Assembly (NCBI GenBank): GCA_043228905.1
Contig: JBHGNT010000002.1
Span: forward strand, 15,686,001-15,750,000
Length of the DNA: 64,000 nucleotides
DNA from: Azolla caroliniana
Lineage: Eukaryota > Plantae > Polypodiophyta
Reading direction: 5' to 3'
Each line of letters starts with the position of its first letter. The first letter of the stretch is position 1. The notes beneath the pieces are model-generated. The model did no database searches. It saw nothing but the letters and a program-made list of their open reading frames with translations, and was not told the origin of the DNA. Shown one piece after another: positions 1 to 8,828 of this stretch. Made by a program: the position numbers and the translations under genes.

Positions 1-459
1 CGCCGAAATGCAATTCCGTTTCTGCCCATGGACCACCCTGCTGTCCTGGTTCCCCTTGCGCTTCTTCTTGGTTGGCCGAGGGAGGCTACATTGACCTTTC
101 TGGCTCTGGCGGGATGGGACTTGCCGGTGTTGCCGGTGGTGCCGGGGCTTCTGATTCCGGTGCCATGCGCACCGGTTCCGGTTCCTCCCTTGGCGTGGGA
201 GTCTTAGTATGGGGAGCCGGTGTTCCCTCCGTCTGAGGGTCCTAACGTTTCCCGACTGCCTCAACGGTCCTTGCCAACAACCGTCGCTGGAGGTGCTCCG
301 TAGGCTCCTCCTCTATTTCCTTTTCCTGAGTCCCGACATTGAGTTTTGCCGCCAAGGGGTCCGCTTCTGTATTCACCGGTGTCGTAGTGTAGGTTGCACA
401 CTATGTGGAAATTATATTTTTGTCCCTCCGGATAGAGAATGGAGTGCTCGGTGAGAACC

Positions 460-574
460 GGAAGAAAACGGCATACCGGCAAGGAGGAAAACGGCATACC
501 GGGCCGGAAGAAAACGGCATACCGGCAAGGAGGAAAACGGCATACCGGGCCGGAAGAAAACGGCATACCGGCAA
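460..574 (+). repeat. 5 x 23-bp tandem array (alternating A/B variants) in U3 of the A LTR; also at 6928-7042
   Basis: Units GGAAGAAAACGGCATACCGGCAA and GGAGGAAAACGGCATACCGGGCC. Confidence 0.95.
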
Positions 575-603
575 GGAAGAGCCGGATAAAGAGACATAAA
601 TGT

Positions 604-698
604 AAAAAGAAGGAAATACTCACTACTGCGCGTGGCGTGATTCGAACTCTGCACCTCCACGTTGACAAACCCCAACCTTACCATTACATTAACTTATC
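604..698 (-). promoter_or_regulatory. tRNA-derived Pol III A-box/B-box-like unit in the A LTR; also at 7072-7166
   Basis: Minus strand has TAATGTAATGG (691-681) and GAGTTCGAATC (649-639) at tRNA spacing, T-GTC-A at the anticodon register, and a T5 run at 608-604. The cloverleaf stems do not pair. Confidence 0.55.
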
Positions 699-1184
699 TT
701 AAGTGTTTTAAATATAGATTTAATACGTATAAGACCTTTATTTATGCATACCTTTGTTAAAAGGTAAATCATGTATTTTTAGAGTGCGTGAATATTTTAT
801 AGAAAAACGCAAGCGACTAAAAAGTGACCCATGCACATTTAGCGTGCATGAACATATTAGAAAAAGCATGTAGCTATGCTTAGTCTCTCCCATCACTATA
901 TAAGGATGGGGAGCACATTGTAGTTTTTGTTGATTTTTTGGATTAAGAATTAATCAATACAAAAATTATTCGTGGGATTCACGATTTATACGTCTACTTC
1001 TCTCTTAACACCCTAAGTACCAATTAATATAGTATACTCGTGTGATTCACGAGTTTCTTATCTTTCTCTTTGCTATTTACTCATAATTAATCTCTATCTC
1101 ACGAACTTCTTTCTCCTAGTCCAAGACCTCTGTGGTTCCCACCCGACTCACGCAACGATCCGGAGCCGAAAGGCACGACACAGT

Positions 1185-1201
1185 TGGTGAACCCGACGTG
1201 A
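1185..1201 (+). other. Primer binding site of A, complementary to the tRNA-Trp 3' end
   Basis: TGGTGAACCCGACGTGA is the reverse complement of TCACGTCGGGTTCACCA (plant tRNA-Trp 3' end, recalled from memory). It is identical in B, D1 and D2. Confidence 0.88.
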
Positions 1202-1218
1202 AGACGGGTGGCAAGGAG

Positions 1219-3258
1219 ATGGAGGCTCAACAAGCTAACAATATGATGGCGATGTTCGAACGGATGCTTCAAGAACAACGCACGATGTCGGAGATTTCGG
1301 CATCAGTAGAGCGGCTCGTGCAACGCAACGGGCAATTTAATGGTAAGGATGTGTCGCGATATTTGCAGGACTACAAGGCGGAGATGCTCCGGTGCCGGGC
1401 TTCGGAAGGACTGCAAGTGACATCCTTTAACCGGGTGGCGACCGACGGGCTTCAAGGGAGTATCCACGGGTTGCAACAACAAAATCCGACGTGGGAAGCA
1501 TTCGAAGAGGCGTTAAAGACCACGTTTGCCATCGAGGACTCCTCCAAGGCAACGCGGAGGGGATTCGAGGATTGGGTGGAAACGTCAGGTAAGGGGTTGA
1601 AGGTCCTCGAAGTGTTTTCGACATTCGAAAGTCGGTTCGGGAGGTTGTCCGCGAGAGATCAAACTATACTTGCGCCGGACAAAGTCATCATGTTTTTGCG
1701 AGCTGTGGACGTCCGGGACCGGAAAGATCTCGGAGTGCTTCTTGAGGACGCGACCACCGAAAGCGGCCTCACCGAAACATGGGAAAGCGTGCGGGATATC
1801 GTCGCGCGGTACACGAAGAGGGGGCAATGGCTTGCCAACGAAGAAAAGAGGGTTTCGGAACCGATTCCGAAACCGAGAACGGGACTGGAAGACCATCAAC
1901 CGAGGGCTCGGGAGATTACGGCCGAGAAGGGAGTCGACGCGTCTACGGTGGAGCAGCTGCTGAAGGAGATGGAGAATCTAAAGATCGCGATGGTGAAGAA
2001 GTCGGACGACCGCCCCACAAGCTCCAAATATACGGATCGACGGTGCATATGGTGCGATAGCGCCGAACACGATCGGAGGGATTGCGACGACCATAAGGAG
2101 GCGCTACGACGGGATCTCATCTACTACGAGGGAAACCGGATTCATTCGATGGACTCTCGGAAGCCACTCCGACCAAACTTCCGGAAAGGCGGCATGAAGA
2201 AGGTGCTCGAGGAGGAGTTAGCGGCAAGAAGCAACTATGCGACAACCGCGGGAATATGTGTCGGGGAGTCATCGGGAGCGAAGGCGTCTTTCTGGCCGGA
2301 GGTGCTAGGAAACACCGAGAAAACCGACTCCAACGATATCCGAAAAACCGCGGAAGGCGTCCGGGAAGCCACGGGATGGGAGTGCCCTGTCGACAAGAAT
2401 AGCATATACGCCCTGTGTCAATTACATGAGGTGTATGTGGACGAGAAACGACGGCGCACGGAGGATGCGGCCGGACCATCGAAGATACCGGAAAGCTGGA
2501 ACTCCGGAGGTAAGGGAAAAGAAAAGGCGACTCCGGCATTCAAGCTCGCCTCGGACATAGAACAACAAACCGACTTGAAAAGAGTGTTCGAGGAAAGAAT
2601 CTTGGATAGCCGGGTAGATTTTTCGCTGCGGGAACTACTCGGAATAGCGAAGAAGGAGTTTCACGATCTTCTCGTGGATCTCGTGAAAAGGAAGAGACAA
2701 AGTACGGAGGAAAATGCTCCAAGGGTGAATGCAAATACCGTTTCGATGAACGACACCGAAGTGGAAGGCGAAATTCCGAACTCCCACTATACAAGGCCAC
2801 ACTGGGCACGTGCGACTACGGAGACTCCGGTCCGAATCGGCAACATCAAAGAACCCGTGCTAGCATTGATTGATCACGGATCGGAGATCAACTTGATGTC
2901 CAAGGAGTTCTACCGAAAGGGGAAGTGGCCTATAAACACCAACCATGGATGGAAGATTCGGGCAGCCACGAAAATGACAGAAGACCTATTTGCGGCTTGT
3001 CCGGATGTGACGGTAAAGATCGGGGATGTCGAAATTGACCAAAATTTCTTTGTGCAGGATGAGGTTTCACATTCTGTCATCCTCGGCCAACCCTTTATCA
3101 CGGCTTCACGGATGGAGACGAAGGTGCTCGATAGTGGTGCGGCTTTTGCGCGAATTCGGAGCCAAAACGGAGGGAAATCCGTCCAATTCCTAACGGTGCC
3201 GGCAAATCACGAAAGGAACAAGAGGGAACTCTTGTCCCAAGTGAGAATGGATTTTTAA
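1219..3258 (+). CDS. gag: Gag-protease polyprotein of A
   Basis: Open frame from ATG 1219; zinc knuckle CIWCDSAEHDRRDC; retropepsin-like ALIDHGSEINLM...VILGQPF. Confidence 0.92.
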   Translation: MEAQQANNMMAMFERMLQEQRTMSEISASVERLVQRNGQFNGKDVSRYLQDYKAEMLRCRASEGLQVTSFNRVATDGLQGSIHGLQQQNPTWEAFEEALKTTFAIEDSSKATRRGFEDWVETSGKGLKVLEVFSTFESRFGRLSARDQTILAPDKVIMFLRAVDVRDRKDLGVLLEDATTESGLTETWESVRDIVARYTKRGQWLANEEKRVSEPIPKPRTGLEDHQPRAREITAEKGVDASTVEQLLKEMENLKIAMVKKSDDRPTSSKYTDRRCIWCDSAEHDRRDCDDHKEALRRDLIYYEGNRIHSMDSRKPLRPNFRKGGMKKVLEEELAARSNYATTAGICVGESSGAKASFWPEVLGNTEKTDSNDIRKTAEGVREATGWECPVDKNSIYALCQLHEVYVDEKRRRTEDAAGPSKIPESWNSGGKGKEKATPAFKLASDIEQQTDLKRVFEERILDSRVDFSLRELLGIAKKEFHDLLVDLVKRKRQSTEENAPRVNANTVSMNDTEVEGEIPNSHYTRPHWARATTETPVRIGNIKEPVLALIDHGSEINLMSKEFYRKGKWPINTNHGWKIRAATKMTEDLFAACPDVTVKIGDVEIDQNFFVQDEVSHSVILGQPFITASRMETKVLDSGAAFARIRSQNGGKSVQFLTVPANHERNKRELLSQVRMDF

Positions 3259-3312
3259 AGCGGACTGTTGCGGAGTGGGGAAGTGATAGTCCGAGAAGCC
3301 CTGATACCCCAC
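3249..3312 (+). promoter_or_regulatory. Predicted -1 ribosomal frameshift signal of A
   Basis: G GAT TTT then TAA; stem 3261-3271/3283-3293; loop GTGGGG pairs with CCCCAC 3307-3312; the -1 frame is open into pol. Confidence 0.85.
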
Positions 3313-6300
3313 ACAGGAAGAAAACTCTCGGAGCAAAACAAGTACGAATCGGCCCGGATGGGGCATCTACGTACACGGCCGTAACCGGAGGAATGAAGAA
3401 ACAATACCGACAAGTGGAGGATAAGTTACGGTCGGCATCAATAATAAAAGAAGACGAAGAAATCGTGGGAGTGATCGAGGAAGTGTTCTATGGGAATACA
3501 CTACAACGGCTTGAAGAGCTTGCGGAAGATAAAAGCCAAGGGAACCGGGTAGTCCCGGTGGAATCGGTCGAGATGTACGAGATCGTTGCGAAAATGGGGC
3601 CGGATGCGCTCCGCAAAGAAGAAGCAATGGTAAGTACGAAATACAAGACCGTGGAGAAGAAGGTGAAACCGGCCGCGGGACCACTACCCGCCGATAGCGA
3701 ACAAAAGAAGAAAGAAGTCTCGGGAGATCCGACACTTCGGAAGTCCGTGGATATCGGACATGCCTTCACAGATGAGACCCGGAAGAAACTTCGGATCGGT
3801 GGAGGTGGGTTCCTCTTACAAGAAGAAGAAAAACGGTTTCGAGAGATGTTGGAGCAACATGGCAAAGCATTCGCGTTCACATCGAGGGAGATCGGATGCA
3901 TTGATCCAAAGATAGTGGAGCCGATGGTGATTTTCACGATTGATCATGTACCGTGGAACCTGAAGCCGATTCCGGTGCCACGGGCGCATATTCCGAAAGT
4001 CATCGACTTGCTCAAGGAGAAGGTGGCGATGGGGATTCTAGAGCCATCAAGTGCTCCGTACTCAAATCGATGGTTTACGGTTCCGAAGAAGAATGGGTCA
4101 CTCCGATTCATCCAAGACTTGCAACCGGTGAACAAGGTCACGATCCGGAACTCGGGAGTCGGTCCGATAGTGGACGAATTCGCGGAAGCTTTTGCCGGAC
4201 GTGCGATATACTCCATCGGGGACCTATACTCGGGGTATGACCAATTCCAACTAGCCGTGGAGAGCCGAGACATCACTACCATGCGGACACCGATAGGACT
4301 AGTTCGAATGTGCACACTACCACAAGGAGCGACAAACTCGGTTGCACATATGATGAACGCGATGAACAAGGTGCTTCGAGATTGCATCCCGGAGATAACG
4401 ATGCCGTTTCTAGATGACATTCCGATGAAAGGATGCGCGGTGAAAGAAAAAGATGAGACTATGGATGATCGGGGATGCCGAAAGTTCGTGGTCGACCATA
4501 TTCATGATTGCGAGAAAGTGTTGCGAAAGCTAGAAGATGTGCACCTAACACTTTCCGGGGAGAAATCGGCATTCGGGCAAGAAGAAATATTGGTGGTCGG
4601 ACATCTATGTGGACCCTACGGCCGAAGACCGTCACCAACAAAGATCGATGCGATTCAAGCTATGAAGGAAGTATGTGAGTCAACATCGGAAGTCCGAAGG
4701 TTTCTGGGTGCGTGTGCATTCTATCACATATGGATTCCGCACTATGCACATATAGCGGACCCGCTCTATCACTTGTTGCGGAAAGGTAAGAAATTCGAGT
4801 GGAAACCGGAACACACTAAAGCCATGAGGAAGCTCAAGAAGACACTATGGAGGGCGGAATCACTTAAGAAGCCAAGCTACGAGCGGCCAATCATAGTAAC
4901 GGTTGATACAAGTCCAACCGGTATCGGGTGGGTCATCAATCAAGCCGACTCGGATGGTTCGCGGTATCCGATCCGATTTGGAGCAAAGGTCCTCAACGAA
5001 AGGCAACGCGGATATGCACAAGTCAAAAGAGAATTGTGGGGAGTCGTGTCGGCGATAAAATCAGATCGGGATTATTTGATCGGAGCTGAAGTGGTGATCG
5101 AGACGGATTGTCTTCCGATACTCGGGATGATGCGGTGTTGTACGATACCGGATGTGGCTATGCTAAGGTGGATTGCATATGTCAAGTCACTTAATCCGGA
5201 GGTTCGACACATCTCGGGGAAGGACAACGCGGTAGCGGACATGTTATCGAGGGCGCGGTTTGAAGACGACATTACCGAATCAGATAATGAAGAAGTTTCC
5301 GAAGACTACTTCACGTCAGAACACATATGCCGAGTGAACGTGACCCGAGAATTCCGGGAAGAAGAATACGAAGGGGAAACCTTGATGATCGGGAAGATGC
5401 TACAAGAGGTCGAGGATTCAACCAATGATAAAGAAAGGAGAGCCGAGATCCGAAGGAAGAAGAGGCAAGTCCAAAAGTTCTTCTTGGAAAACGGTTTAAT
5501 ATGGAGGACGCCGAAAAGACCGGATGGGATACCACTTCGAGTAGTCGGGACGAAAGAGCAACGAAACCGGATAATGTCCGAGTTCCACGAATCCGATTGG
5601 GCTGGACATCGAGGAACATGGGCAACTTTTGTGAAAATCAAGCAAAGATATTGGTGGAAGAACATGTATAAAGATGTCGCGGAGTTCACAGAAAGCTGCG
5701 AGAAATGTCAAGTCTACTCCGGGGTCCGACACCGAGATGAGCTGCATCCGACATTCTCACCGACAATCAACTTCAAGTGGATGGTCGACATTGTAGCTAT
5801 GCCGACCGGGATTGGACAAAAGAAATACTTGGTGTTAGCTCGAGAAGATCTCACAAACCAAGTTGAAGGTCGAGCGCTTCGGAGGAAAACGTGTGCCGCG
5901 GTGTGCCAATTTCTTTTGGAAGAAGTGTTTTGTAGGTACGGCTGCGTAGGACAAGTGATTGCGGACCGGGGAGAACTCGACTCGGACAAAGCTAGGGGAT
6001 TCTTCGCCAAACATGGAGTTCGGTTAACGTTGACAACGGCCTACAATCCGGAGGCCAACGGGAAGATCGAACGAGGACATAGTCCGATCGTGAAAGCACT
6101 TGCGAAGGCATGCGACGGAAGGGTGAAGGATTGGCCACAAATGCTTCCGTATGCACTATGGGCGGATCGGACGACGCATAGCTCCGTGACCGGTTACATG
6201 CCGGCAGAACTCATGACCGGACAAGCACCGGTAATGCCAACGGAAACCGCAATCGCGACATGGACAATACTACCGTGGAAGGAAGAGATGAGCCGGGAAG

Positions 6301-6860
6301 AACTACTAGCGGTCCGGATACGACAACTGGAGGGAAGACCGAAAGATGTAGCGGAAGCGTCACGCCGACAACAAGAAGCACGGTTCCGGAACAAAAGCCG
6401 GTTCGACACAAAGCACCGACTACGACCGAGGAAGATTGAAGAAGGAGATTGGGTGATCGTCTATGATAGTAGCTTGGACCATCAACATACAACGATGCGG
6501 AAATTCGCGAAAAGGTGGTTCGGGCCGTACGAGGTTCGGAAGGTCTTCGACAACGGGACGTACCGACTGTCCGAGTTGGATGGAACAATACTACGAGTGC
6601 CTATAGCCGGGAAGCGGGTGAAGATTTTCAAGAAGCGGACCGACGACAAACCTTATGTGATCCAAGTCGAGGCCGACAACGAGGAGCAATCGGACGAAGA
6701 CCACAATGATGCGGGAAGCGAAGAAAGTGGATTACAACTCATAGTCGACATAAGGGGAGAATCGGAGGAAGCTTCGGATGAAGACGGATACGAAGAATCA
6801 AGAACTTCGGCACATACCGGAGGATGTGCGGGTTTGGAGGGGGCGAGTGTCGTAGTGTAG
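3249..6860 (+). CDS. pol: Pol (RT-RNase H-integrase) of A, entered by predicted -1 frameshift
   Basis: LPQGATNS, PFLDDI, VDTSPTGIG, ETDC, NAVADMLSR, H..H..CEKC, DDE core, WFGPY; no chromodomain seen; the ORF ends inside the 3' LTR. Confidence 0.95.
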   Translation, partial: GFLKRTVAEWGSDSPRSPDTPHRKKTLGAKQVRIGPDGASTYTAVTGGMKKQYRQVEDKLRSASIIKEDEEIVGVIEEVFYGNTLQRLEELAEDKSQGNRVVPVESVEMYEIVAKMGPDALRKEEAMVSTKYKTVEKKVKPAAGPLPADSEQKKKEVSGDPTLRKSVDIGHAFTDETRKKLRIGGGGFLLQEEEKRFREMLEQHGKAFAFTSREIGCIDPKIVEPMVIFTIDHVPWNLKPIPVPRAHIPKVIDLLKEKVAMGILEPSSAPYSNRWFTVPKKNGSLRFIQDLQPVNKVTIRNSGVGPIVDEFAEAFAGRAIYSIGDLYSGYDQFQLAVESRDITTMRTPIGLVRMCTLPQGATNSVAHMMNAMNKVLRDCIPEITMPFLDDIPMKGCAVKEKDETMDDRGCRKFVVDHIHDCEKVLRKLEDVHLTLSGEKSAFGQEEILVVGHLCGPYGRRPSPTKIDAIQAMKEVCESTSEVRRFLGACAFYHIWIPHYAHIADPLYHLLRKGKKFEWKPEHTKAMRKLKKTLWRAESLKKPSYERPIIVTVDTSPTGIGWVINQADSDGSRYPIRFGAKVLNERQRGYAQVKRELWGVVSAIKSDRDYLIGAEVVIETDCLPILGMMRCCTIPDVAMLRWIAYVKSLNPEVRHISGKDNAVADMLSRARFEDDITESDNEEVSEDYFTSEHICRVNVTREFREEEYEGETLMIGKMLQEVEDSTNDKERRAEIRRKKRQVQKFFLENGLIWRTPKRPDGIPLRVVGTKEQRNRIMSEFHESDWAGHRGTWATFVKIKQRYWWKNMYKDVAEFTESCEKCQVYSGVRHRDELHPTFSPTINFKWMVDIVAMPTGIGQKKYLVLAREDLTNQVEGRALRRKTCAAVCQFLLEEVFCRYGCVGQVIADRGELDSDKARGFFAKHGVRLTLTTAYNPEANGKIERGHSPIVKALAKACDGRVKDWPQMLPYALWADRTTHSSVTGYMPAELMTGQAPVMPTETAIATWTILPWKEEMSREELLAVRIRQLEGRPKDVAEASRRQQEARFRNKSRFDTKHRLRPRKIEEGDWVIVYDSSLDHQHTTMRKFAKRWFGPYEVRKVFDNGTYRLSELDGTILRVPIAGKRVKIFKKRTDDKPYVIQVEADNEEQSDEDHNDAGSEESGLQLIVDIRGESEEASDEDGYEESRTSAHTGGCAGLEGASVVV
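6810..6847 (+). other. Conserved hairpin plus polypurine tract of A
   Basis: GCACAT-accggagg-ATGTGC followed by GGGTTTGGAGGGGGCGAG abutting the 3' LTR. Confidence 0.8.
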
Positions 6861-7648
6861 GTTGCACACTATGTGGAAATTATATTTTTGTCCCTCCGGA
6901 TAGAGAATGGAGTGCTCGGTGAGAACCGGAAGAAAACGGCATACCGGCAAGGAGGAAAACGGCATACCGGGCCGGAAGAAAACGGCATACCGGCAAGGAG
7001 GAAAACGGCATACCGGGCCGGAAGAAAACGGCATACCGGCAAGGAAGAGCCGGATAAAGAGACATAAATGTAAAAAGAAGGAAATACTCACTACTGCGCG
7101 TGGCGTGATTCGAACTCTGCACCTCCACGTTGACAAACCCCAACCTTACCATTACATTAACTTATCTTAAGTGTTTTAAATATAGATTTAATACGTATAA
7201 GACCTTTATTTATGCATACCTTTGTTAAAAGGTAAATCATGTATTTTTAGAGTGCGTGAATATTTTATAGAAAAACGCAAGCGACTAAAAAGTGACCCAT
7301 GCACATTTAGCGTGCATGAACATATTAGAAAAAGCATGTAGCTATGCTTAGTCTCTCCCATCACTATATAAGGATGGGGAGCACATTGTAGTTTTTGTTG
7401 ATTTTTTGGATTAAGAATTAATCAATACAAAAATTATTCGTGGGATTCACGATTTATACGTCTACTTCTCTCTTAACACCCTAAGTACCAATTAATATAG
7501 TATACTCGTGTGATTCACGAGTTTCTTATCTTTCTCTTTGCTATTTACTCATAATTAATCTCTATCTCACGAACTTCTTTCTCCTAGTCCAAGACCTCTG
7601 TGGTTCCCACCCGACTCACGCAACGATCCGGAGCCGAAAGGCACGACA
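6848..7648 (+). repeat. 3' LTR of A
   Basis: Direct repeat of 380-1180. Confidence 0.97.
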
Positions 7649-7652
7649 CCGG

Positions 7653-8399
7653 TCGGCGGAGTGTAACCTTTACGACCCGTGTCGGTGGTTCTTCATGTGC
7701 ATCCGTTGGCCGCTTCCGGCTGCCGCTCTCCTTTCCCGCCTGTTCTGCGTCCGCCGCCTTCCCCTTAGTGGTCTTAGAGGCCAACAACTGTTGTCGTTTG
7801 GAACCCGTCTTTGGGGTGCCGTCCGCCACTCTTCCTCGCTTCTTGGGCTAGACGGGCTGGACGAGTGGGACAAGCAAGGTGAGCCACTGCGTTACGGCGT
7901 GCCATATCCTCTGTCCGTCTCGGCCTTCTTTGCCATCTTTGCCTCTGACGATCTCGATTGCCGCACACAACCCATCTGCGATCAATACTGGCCAATCCAC
8001 CTTGATCCCTTCATAGGTGGCGATGATCATCCCTGCCCGGTTCTGTGGCATGACAAGGGGTCTAGGGTACACATGGCCGTATTCGTGGAGCATACGAGCA
8101 ATCTCGCGGAACAACATATCTCCGCCGCCCTGTGTCCGGTAGCCCTTGCTGGCTAGGGAGTACTCACCAAAATACCTGATGAGTTGCTCCGGGGTCAGAT
8201 TGTCAATCGTGAGTATGCCTCCCTCTGGGAGGCCTGTTAACGCTCGAATCGCCTCCGCCGTTATGACCTCTGTGTCGATTTCTTTGATCACCTTGTCGGC
8301 TTCTTTATGTGGCGGTACTTCCATCATCATCAAGAAGCCCTCGAGCCCGTGTTGCTTTAGGCATGTCTTGGCGGCTTCCGACAGTGTTTGCGGGTCCAT
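7653..8399 (-). pseudogene. Extra ORF of C1, N-terminal part; it continues at 379->1 beyond the A insertion
   Basis: MDPQTL...IRALTGLPEGG...GIKVDWPVL, homologous to 35587-36264; premature stop at 7848-7850; Pro/Glu-rich continuation. Confidence 0.75.
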
Positions 8400-8828
8400 G
8401 TCTCTGTCGAGGTCGGATTGCGGTGGCGAGGTTGGATGGTGATGAGAGTGAGATTGAGAGAGAGAGAGAGTTCAGAAGGCGGGGGCTCTCTGTGCGTAGG
8501 TTCTCGTCTGATGATCTTGCAGTGCCTTGGTGTTTCTGTGCTCTTGGGTTCGCAAAAGTAAAGGGTCTCCACGCGCAGTGGTTTTTCTCTATGCATTCTG
8601 GCGCCTTTTTCGAGTGTGTGCACGTCGTGTACTAAAATAGCATTATGTCTTGTGGTGGCGCTTTAAATGCCCACTACGTACCTTTTCGCTCCTCGCTCTT
8701 TCATCCATTCATTCCTCGCTTTTGCATGATTACTTCGGTTTTTTTTTTTTTTCATGATTACTAGTGTGACGTTACTTGTTTGTTGGTCCTCTTGAACCCT
8801 TACCGGCCTCATTCTCCCCAGGTACCGG

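Larger units (their letters stand above)
380..1180 (+). repeat. 5' LTR of A
   Basis: Direct repeat of 6848-7648; TG...CA termini; TATATAA at about 896-903. Confidence 0.97.
380..7648 (+). mobile_element. Intact full-length Ty3/Gypsy element A (tRNA-Trp primed), very recent
   Basis: Two 801-bp LTRs (TGTCG...CGACA) with no differences seen by eye, TSD CCGG at 376-379 and 7649-7652, PBS, PPT, uninterrupted gag-PR and RT-RH-IN ORFs. Confidence 0.97.

Noticed and set aside
460-574. Regular 23-bp repeats as a possible CRISPR-like array
   Set aside because: There are no unique spacers and no cas genes; it is a plain tandem array inside an LTR.
626-698. Functional tRNA-Asp gene
   Set aside because: Acceptor, anticodon and T stems do not pair; kept only as a tRNA-derived promoter-like unit.
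3393-3395. Independent ATG start for pol of A
   Set aside because: No equivalent ATG in B or D; the conserved feature is the frameshift cassette.
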